Shown here one piece after another: positions 38,226 through 40,388 of a stretch of 40,388 nt of DNA (position 1 is its first letter; every line of letters begins with the position of its first letter). A program made the translations under genes and the position numbers. The notes beneath the pieces were generated by a model. That model had not been told where the DNA came from. It searched no databases and saw nothing but the letters and a program-made list of their open reading frames with translations. Source of the stretch: Actinomycetes bacterium (GTDB lineage: Bacteria > Actinomycetota > Actinomycetes > S36-B12); NCBI GenBank assembly GCA_965662415.1, contig CBFIHB010000001.1, forward strand, positions 1 through 40,388, given 5' to 3'.

Positions 38226-39104
38226 GTGAACACCAGCGGACGCCTCTTCGCCTCCGCCGTTGTCGCCGGACTCGGTGCTTTGGCCTACGCCCGTTGGGAG
38301 TCCGAGCGCTTCACGCTTCGCCGCGCCACCGTCCGCGCGCTGCCCACACGGCAGCCCGATCTGCGCGTTCTGCACCTATCGGATCTGCACCTGGTACCAG
38401 GGCAGCCAAGGAAGAAGGCTTGGGTGTCGAGCCTGCGTGAACTCAATCCCGATGCAGTGATCGCCACGGGCGATTTCTTGTCGCATAAGGACGCGATACC
38501 CGAGGTCATCGAAACTCTCGAGCCGCTGTTCGACATTCCCGGTGCCTTCGTGCTGGGCAGTAACGACTACTACGCCCCCAAGCCGATCAACCCTGCGCGC
38601 TATCTGCAAGGACCTTCGGGTCTGCAACCAAACCGTCCGATGCTTCCGTGGCAGGACCTAGTTGCCGGACTCACCGCCGGCGGCTGGCTCGATCTCACGA
38701 ACACCAAGTCCCGGCTCAAGGCAGATGGTCGCGAGATAGATATTCGTGGCGTAGACGATCCGCATATCGGCAGGGATAACTACGACGACGTCGCAGGCGC
38801 ATTCGATCGTGGCGCCGATCTCGCCCTAGCCGTTGCGCACGCGCCTTATCTCCGCGTACTGGACCCGATGGCAAACGACGGTGCGCACTTGATCATGGCC
38901 GGCCACACGCATGGCGGTCAGTTACGCGTCCCGGGCTACGGCGCGCTGGTTACCAACTGTGATTTGGATACCAAGCGTGCACGTGGACTCAGCGAGCACA
39001 AAGGCAGCGCTCTGCATGTGAGTGCCGGCCTGGGTACCTCGCCCTACGCGCCATTCCGTTTCGCCTGCCCGCCCGAAGCCACGCTGCTAACGCTCACGTC
39101 CTGA
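38226..39104 (+). CDS. membrane-anchored metallophosphoesterase
   Basis: N-terminal TM segment, then HLSDLHL, TGDF, GSNDYY, GHTHGGQ calcineurin-like motifs. GTG start. Confidence 0.85.
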   Translation: MNTSGRLFASAVVAGLGALAYARWESERFTLRRATVRALPTRQPDLRVLHLSDLHLVPGQPRKKAWVSSLRELNPDAVIATGDFLSHKDAIPEVIETLEPLFDIPGAFVLGSNDYYAPKPINPARYLQGPSGLQPNRPMLPWQDLVAGLTAGGWLDLTNTKSRLKADGREIDIRGVDDPHIGRDNYDDVAGAFDRGADLALAVAHAPYLRVLDPMANDGAHLIMAGHTHGGQLRVPGYGALVTNCDLDTKRARGLSEHKGSALHVSAGLGTSPYAPFRFACPPEATLLTLTS

Positions 39105-39290
39105 GCACGGCGCCCGCCTCACAACCGACGTGGTTCGCTCGCGGTGGCGGCGAAACGAACTTCGAGTCAGCGTCCCTCTTCGCTGCCGTTCATCGCTCAG
39201 ACGGTTCGGGTTTACGCCCATCTCCCCACGCCCGCTGGGAAGTGCCCCTCGGCTAGACTCCGCTGGCCCGCTTGGCACTCATCGGGCGCT

Positions 39291-39364
<74 letters not shown>

Positions 39365-39371
39365 CTCTGGT

Positions 39372-39399
39372 GGGGCAGGAGCCACTCGGCTCTTGCCCC
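39372..39399 (+). terminator. hairpin after tRNA-Pro
   Basis: GGGGCAGGAGCC-ACTC-GGCTCTTGCCCC forms a 12-bp stem with one G-U pair, followed by the pyrimidine-rich ATCTCTCTTCC. Confidence 0.5.
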
Positions 39400-39421
39400 A
39401 TCTCTCTTCCAAGGAGGTCCG

Positions 39422-40388
<967 letters not shown>

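Overview
This is a high-GC actinobacterial chromosome segment, almost fully coding. All product calls come from motifs read by eye; I ran no BLAST or HMM searches. Most of the window is conserved core. From memory, the gene order tracks the Mycobacterium tuberculosis Rv3644c-Rv3683 region: holB-tmk-topA, the helicase/secretion-neighborhood Tad/Flp-like cluster with its DEAH helicase, a HAD-IB hydrolase, acs, the marP-nudix-tlpA-nth chain, crp, an MBL hydrolase, RidA, paired ArsA-like ATPases, whiB, ponA and a metallophosphoesterase. Added to this are a csoR-copZ-copA copper module, an H+-pyrophosphatase, tRNA-Pro(CGG), a sulfotransferase and the 3' end of asd. I see no CRISPR array, rRNA, prophage, integrase, transposase or recognisable defence system. 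The structure the gene list does not explain is a 1.1-kb single-gene cassette at about 21.2-22.4 kb. It carries an AbiEi-like/DUF559 nuclease-fold gene, is bracketed by two copies of a 55-nt palindromic hairpin, and is flanked by a perfect 25-bp direct repeat that duplicates the 3' end of the HAD gene. It sits between a normally convergent core gene pair. The second candidate is the Tad/Flp-like machine convergently overlapping an MrfA/YprA-type helicase. That association is conserved but functionally unexplained. Its CpaE-like subunit has lost both Walker-A lysines, and no prepilin peptidase lies in the window. Other observations are small-scale: palindromes in control regions, a Fic-like protein lacking the catalytic His, an AT-rich island upstream of whiB and ponA, and coding tandem repeats.
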